Origin: Amoebophrya sp. A120
Taxonomy: Eukaryota > Protista > Dinoflagellata
DNA: 64,000 bases
Assembly (NCBI GenBank): GCA_905178155.1
Contig: CAJINV010000003.1
Span: 5,547,985 to 5,611,984, forward strand
Direction of reading: 5' to 3'
This document shows, in pieces, positions 49,278-59,144 of the stretch. The position numbers were made by a program, and so were the translations under genes. Under the pieces are notes generated by a model that searched no databases, was not told the origin of the DNA, and saw only the letters and a program-made list of their open reading frames with translations. Position 1 is the first letter of the stretch. The number at the start of each line of letters is the position of its first letter.

Positions 49278-49804
49278 TGTTAGTGGACTTGAGAACACTC
49301 GCACACACTTACACACGCTTGCTCCACTGTGCTCGTTATCAACAGCAATTCGATGAATTCTCTCAATTGCAAGTAAGCAAGCAAGTGACGCAAGTCTCTT
49401 GCTGCGTTACATCCTGTAGGTTCAATTCATCCAAATTCATCACATTCATATGGACCAATCGGGTCCAGAGTCAAGTGGCAAAACAGCATGGGAGTCCACT
49501 CCTCAACCTGCTCAGATTGGTGCTCGACCCTGGCGGGAGTCAAGTCCCCCAGGGTGACCACTCTGAACGTCTGGACCGAGCTGAGTCCATTCATTTCACT
49601 ACGATCCTGATGGCTTTGCCTTCGTAGTATTTGGGGGATTCGCGGAACATGGTGAAGAGTTTCCTTTAGGATCTAGATAGATTCTGACCATTTCCCTAAG
49701 GATCTAGCTAGTTCAGGTCATTCAGAGCTGTCATTTCATTGGGAACAGGCGTCATTTGGGGCGATCGTGTTACGTGTGTGCGGGATCGATTTCCATGACC
49801 AACA
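49278..49804 (-). repeat. 3' LTR (527 bp)
   Basis: Direct repeat of 54942-55462; by eye about 13 substitutions and 2 indels. Confidence 0.97.
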
Positions 49805-49897
49805 CCCCTCCTCAATCGCTGCGGCGGTGGTGCTAATCTGGATAGCGTCCTACCACACTCCCCTCCTGAGCGCGCTGTGGTGAACTAGCTATCCCCT

Positions 49898-52800
49898 CTA
49901 GAAACCAAAATAAATCGAATAAGTATAGCCTACTTTAGCCTTGCCCTTGTGATTCCCCTCTATAAACGTGTCTAAATCATCCTCATCGTCAGAGGAGTCA
50001 CAAATAAAAGACTTAGGGTCGGGGTTATCAATATGGTGCAAGAGTAAGCGTCTCTGCGGCACACTACACTCGAGCTTCGTGAGACCGTCTGCCTTCATTA
50101 GGTAGGTCGGGCAGAACATGATCTGGCTCGCTGCGTCTCTCACGCGGAGATATCGCAGTGCGTAGTGCCTCGATTTCGGTTTGTTGTCTGTGCTCTTAGC
50201 TGTAGTTATCGCGGACTGGTTGTCGATCCACAATATGGCATCATCCAGGGAGGGAGATAAGCCATTCTGCTTTTCCACCATGACAGTGGGTAGAGGTTTG
50301 AAGAACTCTGTAAAGTCATTCTGCTCGCTCAGCACAATAGTGTCGGAAGCAGCTATATACTCCGCCTCCGCCGTGGAGTACGCCCTCACGGTCTGCCGGT
50401 TGCTACGCCAACAGATCGGGAAGCCGCGGAAGTACATAATGCTACCACTAGTGCTTCGCATGGTCTTGCAACAGTTCGCAAAACTAGCATCCGAAAACAG
50501 ATTCACATCAGGCAAGTCTCTCCCGTCGGGCAGTAGCTTGCTGTAGATTCTGTTGAATTCTTCCTCAATTTCCGGACTATACGACAGACCCTGCTCTTTC
50601 GTTGTCAATAGATACTTCAAAATCTTCTTACAGGCGTTTACGACAGGCCGAGTCGCCGGCTTGCCTACGTATCTCGCGACAGTGGCAACCGGGACAACAA
50701 TGTCTACCCTGCAGGTGGTTGCAGCCCACTGCAGAGAGCCAACGACCTCTCGAAGGGGAAAACCTGCAATAACTTTAGCTCCTTCAACTTCTTTAGCGAG
50801 TTCAGACTCATCGAAGTTTGGCGAGTGGACCGGCTTGCCCGCTTCTGAGACGTTGAATTTCTTACAAATCTTGGATATGTACTCTGACATCACGATCCTG
50901 ACGGCTCGTAGATTCCAGCTGTAGTACACTACTGACCCTAGGAAGTCAAACTTCTTGGACACAGAGTTAAACTCCGGAACAAGCTCGACGTCGATCATGC
51001 GCCCCCTGACGTGGTGCAAGATCTCCGCAAGTTCTCCAGCCAACTCGGACCCAGTCGGAGGACCTGTGTTAAGATTATCGTCGACATACACTGCCAACTT
51101 CAGAAACTTCCCAGGGAGTTCCAAGCTCGGTTTCTTCCACAGACCTGGCGCAGAGGGACAGGGTTCCCAACCTAGCTTGGTCAGTACTTCCCCATACTTC
51201 TTATACCAGAGCCTGGGGGCGTCTTTCAAGCCGTAAAGCGCTTTCTTGAGCTTGACGATCTCCACGCCGTGCTTCTTCGCCCAGATGGGTGGCAAGCGGC
51301 AGAAGACGTCGCGATCAAGTAAGGCACTGAGAAACGCACTATCAAGGTCGAACGGGATCACATCATCACCGTCTGCGGCTGCACCGGCTAGAAGTAACCT
51401 GTTAGCGGCATGGGACACAACAGGAGCGAAAGTGTCCAGCTCGCCCGAACGATCAAGATTACCGAGTGCTACTGCTCGCGCTTTCTTCGTACCGTCACGC
51501 TTCTCGGTAAGAAGGATAGCAATAGGCAAAACCTGTTTTGCGGTCGCTAGCTCCTCGTCAGTAGCTGGCTCCCACACTTTACAGGCTTCAAGTCTACAAT
51601 CTTCCTTGTTGGTTGCTGCGTTCCATTCGACTGAGTCTTTGCAACGAGCAGGATCCAACTTGGCCGATGTAGTCAAATAACACTGGACGTCGAGGAATTC
51701 CTCACCTTCCTCTCGATCATCCTGTGCTGCTATTGCTGCGGCAAACGCACTCGCGTCCTTCTTCAGTGCGTCGAGCTCTTTTCGTGTACGTCTCACGCGC
51801 TTTCTCTTGTCCTTTCTCCCCTTGGGACGGCCACGACCTCGCGGCTTGGAGGTGCGGTTGCCAGCCACAATCCTTGCCGGAGACGGGCTCGCCTTTCTTG
51901 GACTAGATAAGCTGCTGTGAGTGGGGTGATCGTCCAGATTCCCCTCCTCAGGTTTAACACCTTCAGGCTCGGGATCTATCTGGCCCGGATCATCTTCCCT
52001 ATCCAAACTCTCAATCACTAACGTCTCAGGACCGTCAGGCTGCCTACTAGCGTGCTCCGAGACATCCACCCCCAGCCGACGCACAGCCCCGATTTCAGGA
52101 CCGACGCACGGGAGAGATGGCGCACACGACGCTCCACTAGGTAGGGCCTCGATTGCGTCACACTCGACATAGATACCTTTCGAGTTAGGAACTAGGTCCT
52201 CAATATTCTTCACGAGGCACTCCTCACGGAACTTGACGTCGATGGTAGAATACTCTATCCAACGATGTCCCGCGGCGGACCGGCCGTCCATGACATACGT
52301 CCCAACCCGCCAGCCCGAAGACTTAGGACAAAGGCCGAGAAATACACCACGACGAAATGGCGCGGCCAGCTTTGGAGCTACCACTGCTACTCCCCCCTCA
52401 GGAGCTTCATGAACTTCGCCTTTCTTGACTTGTTCACGAAAATAAACGAGACAACCAAAACGCCTTAGCATCCTTGTGCCAACTTTGGAACTATTTCTTC
52501 CAGTTCTCTCATCCAAAATCTCTGCAGGAGTCTTTCCGTCGTACTCAGGCATTTTGCTATACTTATGCGGAAGGCGGTCCCAGCATGCTGCAGCGTACTC
52601 GACCGAGTAGCACCACAGACGCTTGTCCACGTTCACCAACATCGCACGCACAGCGCCGAATATGGTCCGCATAAAGCGTTCGCAGGTTCCGCTCTGCTCT
52701 GGGTTGTAGGGAACCGTAGGAGCATCACCGACCCGCAGCGATTGCATGACCTTGGTCATGGAGTCACTGCCCAGAACTGGCTCACTGTCCCTACGGACGA

Positions 52801-53713
52801 ACCACACCACTTTGTCCTCGAGGGTCAAAGCGTAGCTCTGGCGAATGCCTTTTATCACTTCTTCCAAAACCTCAACGCAGTCGCTTTTCAGCTTAAGAGG
52901 GACACAGAAACACTTCTTGATGGCATCACAGATGACCACAAGCACGCAGGTGCGTGACCGAATCGATACAGGTTTAATACCTACCGCGAAGTCCATCGCG
53001 AGTAGTTTCAATGGCTCAGGTTTGTAATTACTAGTGTCTCGCTCTTTTGCGTGAGAGCTTCTCGCGCCTTTCGCTTTGTCGCATTCAGGGCACTGGACAT
53101 TCAGACCATCTACATGAAAGTGTCCGAATCCTCTATGTTGTTCTAGACGCGTAAGGTGACAACTAGCAATACTTTCTTCGATTGTAATGCATGCAATATC
53201 CTCCGCGGTGTCTCTAGTCGCCTGACCCCGGAGGCCCATCACGAAAAGATCACACCCAAGGACTGGGAGGGTCAACCTCTCGTGGTTCTTGATTGGTAGC
53301 ATCTGACCGGATTCCCTGTTGACTAAGGAACCGCCAGAGCTGTTGTAGTTCAGATCCCACCCACGATCACTGAGATTGTCCTCACCGAGCCACGGAAGAA
53401 TACGATCAATATCTCTTGGCAAGTGTTTGAAGTAGACGCCATAGGGCAAACCTAGAGCGTTTTCCTTCAGTTTTCCTACAAAACCATCACGAGCCCCGGC
53501 CGTGCCGCTGATGCGACAGACGTTGCTCGAGATGTCAATAAAATCCGATTTGTGTCTAGATAAATACTTGTTTGCACATGAATCGACCAAGCTCACTTCG
53601 TCCTTGGTCTGTGCAGTAAAACAGCTAGAAGAATCTACATCGAAATCTTCTAAATTCTCGAAATTTAGCATACAACTACCATACTCCGAGATATAGACAC
53701 CTCCTTCATCTTG
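49898..53713 (-). CDS. pol: Copia Pol polyprotein (protease, integrase, reverse transcriptase, RNase H)
   Basis: LVDSCAN; H-x4-H...CPEC; AMDF/RRDS/CERF (DDE); KARAVALG, DLDSAFL, LKKALYGLKDAPRLWY, YVDD; FSDASFA, STAEAEY, IDNQSAI, ADGLTK. Confidence 0.97.
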   Translation of the reverse strand, partial: QDEGGVYISEYGSCMLNFENLEDFDVDSSSCFTAQTKDEVSLVDSCANKYLSRHKSDFIDISSNVCRISGTAGARDGFVGKLKENALGLPYGVYFKHLPRDIDRILPWLGEDNLSDRGWDLNYNSSGGSLVNRESGQMLPIKNHERLTLPVLGCDLFVMGLRGQATRDTAEDIACITIEESIASCHLTRLEQHRGFGHFHVDGLNVQCPECDKAKGARSSHAKERDTSNYKPEPLKLLAMDFAVGIKPVSIRSRTCVLVVICDAIKKCFCVPLKLKSDCVEVLEEVIKGIRQSYALTLEDKVVWFVRRDSEPVLGSDSMTKVMQSLRVGDAPTVPYNPEQSGTCERFMRTIFGAVRAMLVNVDKRLWCYSVEYAAACWDRLPHKYSKMPEYDGKTPAEILDERTGRNSSKVGTRMLRRFGCLVYFREQVKKGEVHEAPEGGVAVVAPKLAAPFRRGVFLGLCPKSSGWRVGTYVMDGRSAAGHRWIEYSTIDVKFREECLVKNIEDLVPNSKGIYVECDAIEALPSGASCAPSLPCVGPEIGAVRRLGVDVSEHASRQPDGPETLVIESLDREDDPGQIDPEPEGVKPEEGNLDDHPTHSSLSSPRKASPSPARIVAGNRTSKPRGRGRPKGRKDKRKRVRRTRKELDALKKDASAFAAAIAAQDDREEGEEFLDVQCYLTTSAKLDPARCKDSVEWNAATNKEDCRLEACKVWEPATDEELATAKQVLPIAILLTEKRDGTKKARAVALGNLDRSGELDTFAPVVSHAANRLLLAGAAADGDDVIPFDLDSAFLSALLDRDVFCRLPPIWAKKHGVEIVKLKKALYGLKDAPRLWYKKYGEVLTKLGWEPCPSAPGLWKKPSLELPGKFLKLAVYVDDNLNTGPPTGSELAGELAEILHHVRGRMIDVELVPEFNSVSKKFDFLGSVVYYSWNLRAVRIVMSEYISKICKKFNVSEAGKPVHSPNFDESELAKEVEGAKVIAGFPLREVVGSLQWAATTCRVDIVVPVATVARYVGKPATRPVVNACKKILKYLLTTKEQGLSYSPEIEEEFNRIYSKLLPDGRDLPDVNLFSDASFANCCKTMRSTSGSIMYFRGFPICWRSNRQTVRAYSTAEAEYIAASDTIVLSEQNDFTEFFKPLPTVMVEKQNGLSPSLDDAILWIDNQSAITTAKSTDNKPKSRHYALRYLRVRDAASQIMFCPTYLMKADGLTKLECSVPQRRLLLHHIDNPDPKSFICDSSDDEDDLDTFIEGNHKGKAKVGYTYSIYFGF

Positions 53714-54882
53714 TCAGGCTGGTCCTTGCCAGACCCAACCATCCTGCTTTCCACCGGCTCCCTGCCCTTGATTCTGGTTGTTCGTCTGATTCTGGTTCAC
53801 CGGCGGACACCACTGCGGCTGCTGGTTTCCCCAGGCACCACCCCACTGACCTTTCCCTTGATTGTTAGGATTCCAGCGGCAACGGTCCGCCTTATGGTTT
53901 TCCTTGCCACAGATCCAGCATTTGGGTTTGGTCACAGTGTTGTAGGGAGTGCTCTGGTTCCGACCAGTCTCACCACCTTTCTGGCCACTTCCGCCCTTGG
54001 CGTTAGCTTTCGGGGGCAGGCCATGGGCAGCCAAGACACTCGCTTCGGTCTGCTTGCGTAATTTGGCTTTCATGCGTTTCAAGGCTTTCGCCGAGAACAC
54101 CTTGCCAGAAGCAGCATTCTGACCATCATCAGCGGAGTCCGGCTCCTCATCATCAACATCTTTCTGACCTTCTTCTTCTTCGTCTTTTCCTCAACGACCG
54201 GGAAAGCCTTGCCGAAGGACGGACTCTCGATCTTGTAGGAACCTTCCTTGACCAGCTGCGCGAGCTTCTTCTCGAGACGGTCGCCGATCTGCTGGAGGGT
54301 GATGTGATCGGACTCGTCCACGCAGCGGTCGATGGTCTGGCGGAAGGCCGACGCAAACATCTTGGGCAACTTGTCCAGAGTGTTCTTCACATGATGATCT
54401 TCGACCGGACGCCCGGGCTCCGGGACGTAGACACTCGGCGCCATCTCCATCAAGTCGTGGATCTGGGCCAGGAACGTCGGAGCATCCTTCGGCGCGTCGC
54501 GGTTGTCGAAGTGCATGGCGTCGATCAAGGACGTCTTGATGTGCTGCTGGTCACGGGAGGCAACATTGAAGCGACCAACATCACGAATACGCATGAACAA
54601 CTGCGCAGCGTCGTCGTTGATGTAGTGCTGACTGTTGACCCACGTGGACACGGACCCGGTACACGACTTGTAGATGGCATCCTTCAGGTCGCGCCACTTC
54701 TCCCGGATCGCGTTGTTGGCAGCATTGGCCGCCTGCGGAATCCCCGGAGGGTTACCAGCAAGACGATTATCCCAATACTCCTGGAGTCCGAGGCGAGAAA
54801 CCTCGTTCGTGACCCCGCGACGCCAGACACGCCAGTCCTGCGCGCTGGACAACTTCTCCACCAGCTTTGCCTCTTGGCCCAT
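53714..54882 (-). CDS. gag: Copia Gag with zinc knuckle; one frameshift near 54186
   Basis: MGQEAKLVEKLSSAQDWRVWRR; CWICGKENHKADRC (CCHC) in the second frame. Confidence 0.85.
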
Positions 54883-54941
54883 TATTTCAAATAAACTTAT
54901 CTGACTAGAAGAGCCAGTTTGAGTCTCAAGGCGTAGCGTAG

Positions 54942-55462
54942 TGTTAGTGGACTTGAGAACACTCGCACACACTTACACACGTTTGCTCCACTGTGCTCGT
55001 TATCAACAGCATTTCTATGAATTCTCTCAATTGCAAGTAAGCAAGCAAGTGACGCAAGTCTCTTGCTGCGTTTCATCCTGTAGGTTCAATTCATCCAAAT
55101 TCATCACATTCATATGGACCAATCGGGTTCAGAGTCAAGTAGCCAAAACAGCATGGGAGTCCACTCCTCAACCTGCTCAGATTGGTGCTCGACCCTGGCG
55201 GGAGTCAAGTCCCCCAGGGTGACCATTCTGAACGTCTGGACCGAGCTGAGTCCATTCATTTCACTACGATCCTGACGGCTTTGCCTTCGTAGTATTTGGG
55301 GGATTCGCGGAACATGGTGAAGAGATTCCTTTAGGATCTAGATAGATTCTGACCATTTCCCTAAGGATCTAGATAGTTCAGGCTATTCAGATCTGTCATT
55401 TCATTGGGAACAGGCGTCATTTGGGGCGATCGTGTGTGCGGGATCGATTTCCATGACCAACA
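54942..55462 (-). repeat. 5' LTR (521 bp)
   Basis: Direct repeat of 49278-49804. Confidence 0.97.
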
Positions 55463-55552
55463 ATGAGAAAAATAGTCTTTTGGGAGCATTGCTATAGAAG
55501 TACTTATGTGCTTTTCCAATTCATTTCGCTGAAATCTACTACCGCGATATAT

Positions 55553-57470
55553 TTATATACCAGATTTCCATTCGGAAATCGATCGTCGTCCACTTCCGGT
55601 TCCGTGTAGTAACCGTAATATTCGTCGGTTAGTATGGAAAAAGGCATTCATTCCACCACGTATCACGCCCAGGCAACGACAGATCATTTTCGATGCGTCT
55701 TTCTTGTACGAAATATCCTTTTTGTAGGCGATGATAATTGCTCTGATCGCAGCCAAAAACCACAACATTGTGTGTGGCTCTAAGTTTTTGAGTAGCACAA
55801 CTTGATACTGCCTCCACTCATCAATGCACGACACGGAGCATGCTGTACAAAGCTTCTTTGGGTGTGGTGGTGGTGTGCTTTTCTCCTGTCGTAGCTGAAC
55901 TGCTGTCACTGTACACGGGGTCACTGGAGTATCAACTGCAAGCACGTCTGGGTCTAGAAATAAGTTGTGACGCTAAATAGATGAATGAAAATCTGACTCC
56001 CGTGCGCACCCACGCATAAGAAATTTCTGAGTCGTTTCGTAGTGCGTAAGCGTAACCGCAACCCTCATGAGTGCATGACAAAGAGGCAGCGCTTTTCAAT
56101 AACGCACCACAAAGTAAAAGCTCAGGGGCATCGGCATGTTGCGGCTTCAGCATTAAAATCTGGCAACTTGAACTTTCCCGACCCAGTCGTGATTGCAACG
56201 CATATGTAGACTGTGGTTGACATCTCGTAGCTTGGCTGCCGGTAAGCGTCATGCTCCGGATAGCTGTAGACGGGCGGGTTTGAATTTTCCTGCTTCGATT
56301 CTCCTGCGAATGCGCTGCGACCACAACGAGATTCGATCCAACATTTGGAAAAGGTGTGGATTGCGCAATCTCGGCTTTCATCTCAGTACGGACTTTCGTA
56401 ATCTTTATCTTACTTGTTGGACAATCGCGTCCTCATGGTCTCATGCTGATCACATAAGTATAAAGAAAAATGCTTCTAGTACCCATGATGCTGGTAAAAA
56501 TGGTGCGGCCCCACGCCGGACGACGATGAGGACGAAGTAGTATGGTAGGAAAAAGCCTTTCACAAGCAATATGCTGCGCATGCGTTCGGTTTTTCTTTTT
56601 TTGCATCAGAAAAGAACTTCTCTGCATGCAAATCAATGCCTGATGCAGAACCCTTAAAGCTGTACGTGAAAGAATTATACTTATGGGAATCGCCAGGCAA
56701 TTCGCCTTCTGTTCCCAGCATCTATACAGTTGTCCTAAAAATTTGTAAGAACAAAGGCATCTTGTCGTGTGAGAAATTTTTCCTCTGCAGTACGCACTGG
56801 GATGAAAGTAGTAGTCTTTTGCGTCCCGGGTCGGTCTGCTTGATCGTCTCTTTCCGTTCCCGTTGCCGCCCTCGAACTGATCGGAGCTATGCCGAGCAAA
56901 ATTGAAGCCTCTCAGGTAGTTGTATCCTTTCTCCAGCACGTTTTGGTGATACAAACGCGGCACCATGTGTGCTTACGGAAAGAGAAAAGTGCATGGATAC
57001 TGTGACACTAACTAGCCAGAGCCTTGGCTTTGGTCGTGCTGTTCCTGTGGATAGTAGCTTGGGTTTGTGTAGTTGTTGTGATGGTACGGTATCTGCTGCA
57101 GCTGCTCTGGGTGGCTGTAGGGCCGAGTCTTCGCCACGTTACCTGAGTTCAAAATTCCAACATTGACTTTCAATCGCTTCTGATGCACGCAGATGTTGTA
57201 CCTATGCACAGCAGTATGAGAAGTGCCGCTTGGCTCCGCGAAACTAGCAAAAATGCCTGAGTGAATATAATAGATACCCTTGCGCTTCTGCAAGCACGGC
57301 ACGCGAAACATTGTCCCAAGAGAGTCTGGCGGTGGGTCCCAGTTTTGCGTGGCCAGATCAACGAAATCAAATTGCAAAACTTCGTTGACAGTCACCGAGC
57401 GGATAGCTTCCTCTTTTGGACCGTGACCGTTCTCCTTCTCCTGCAGTACAAGAAACGCATGAAAAAAACC
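55553..57470 (-). CDS. Possible hypothetical multi-exon gene
   Basis: Chain of minus ORFs; one junction restored by introner 55930-56204 (QPQST|VTPCTV); no domain recognised. Confidence 0.35.
55930..56204 (-). mobile_element. Degenerate introner, family A
   Basis: tatcaactgcaagcacgtctgggtctagaaa / tttcccgacccagtcgtgattgcaacgcata; DR tggag/tgtag; in-frame join. Confidence 0.7.
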
Positions 57471-59144
57471 AACAGCAAAGACGAATAGTCGATCAAAAGA
57501 TTTTGTACACTTGTGGTCAGTGAGAGTGAGTACTGGCTAGTTATCAATTTTGAATTTTGTACAGTCGTAAAACAAGAACGATTTTTATCCAAATGAAAAT
57601 TTCAACGCGTGCTACAAAAAGTCAATGCTACAAAAAAAGATACAGGTTTCAGTGACCATCCACTTCTGTTGCACAACAACATTCGCTTCAAAAAACACCC
57701 TACAAAAATTTCAGAGTAGGAAACGACATGGTTGGAAAATCAGACTCGAAATCACGAAAGTCAAATAACCCGTGGAATTATTTTCGGATACGCGGCGCGT
57801 AGGAATGAAATGAAATCGCCTCAAATGCTTGCACGTCAGAATATGACGAAAACCCTGACAACGATACTTTTATTTTCACGAGAGTGACGACCACGACATG
57901 CGATTTCTTCTTATTGCGATTCGCAAAAGGGAAATGGAATGATCCAAATTCACGCGAAAATTGATGCGTCACAACGAATTGCGCACCCTGCGACGACAAG
58001 AAGCAAGTTCTACCTGCGCGACAAAAGCGCTGTGAAAAATATTACATCTTGCATCCGTGTACGACCCAACAAAGACTGGAATTCTAAGCTTGCATTCACA
58101 GTGGCAGGACCGTATTTGCAAATAGCAGAAACGCATCGCGACGCTTGTCTTTCATCGGAATGAGAGGCATCAAAGACAATCACGATCGACTACATGTCCC
58201 TAGGTTGATCGATGCTTCAGATCTACGTGCTTCTGCATTGAACCTGAGTTATATCCATCGACATGCTTCTTCTCGTCTTTTTGATATTATAATGAAGTCC
58301 GAAAAAGACCTGAAAGATCGAAGGCATGAACACCTTACATGACCGTACTTAGTTGCCTTTTCTGTTTGCGCGTACTCCTCGTCTGCAAGAATCAGACACG
58401 ACACGCTTGCTCTTTTCTGTGAGTGTGAGTAGAAACTGCGATCCCACCTTCTGCTTCGACGTAATAAAGCTCCAAGGTACTATTTGCGTTTGAAATGCCA
58501 GCTGGTTCGATTTCCCGCGGGGAGTCCCACCACCGCCTTCTTCTACCGCACGACATCTCCCCCAGGTAGCGGGCCAACTGCGACTGAATGTTGTAAGGAA
58601 ACCAATCAGTACCACTACCAAACCAAAACCATCATATCAAACTGAAGAAAGTCAAAGAAGAATAAAATTTTACACGGTTATCCCGAGGTTGTAGGTAAAA
58701 CTGAAGCTATTGATGAAAAGACTCCTTTCATTCTGCTACCCGCTAATTGGGCAGACTGATTAAGTTGTTGACATAGTGCAAGTTCTTGACGCGAAAACTC
58801 ATGAGTATCTGATTGTAAATAGGAATTTGCGGAAACCAATATGTAAGCCAGGAAATTACTTGTGTTTGTAATTGCGCAAGATATTTCTCGTGGTCATATC
58901 GAAAGTGGATGGCTCTTTCAGGATCAGGTCAAGTAGAAGTTCATCTCGCTGTTATTTTCGTAAGCATTTATTTGACTTTTGTGCTCGCTGTAAGAGTAAG
59001 TTTCGTTGAATTCAGAATGTAATAAGCAAGGTTTGTCTAATATTCAGATTCAGTTTCGTACTTTGGATTTATTGCTTTCTTTGATATGAAAATCAAAGCC
59101 ACAGATACAGTTTCATTTTTGATGGTGCAGCCAGTGCTTCCTCT

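Larger units (their letters stand above)
49278..55462 (-). mobile_element. Full-length Ty1/copia LTR retrotransposon
   Basis: LTRs 49278-49804 and 54942-55462 with TGTT...AACA ends; 5-bp TSD atgag at 49273-49277 and 55463-55467; polypurine tract gaggagggg next to the 3' LTR; domain order PR-IN-RT-RH. Confidence 0.98.

Noticed and set aside
49273-55467. Copia integrase as the mobiliser of introners (both give 5-bp duplications)
   Set aside because: Introner ends are mostly TAT...ATA with long TIRs and share no sequence with the TGTT...AACA LTR ends; TSD length alone is weak evidence
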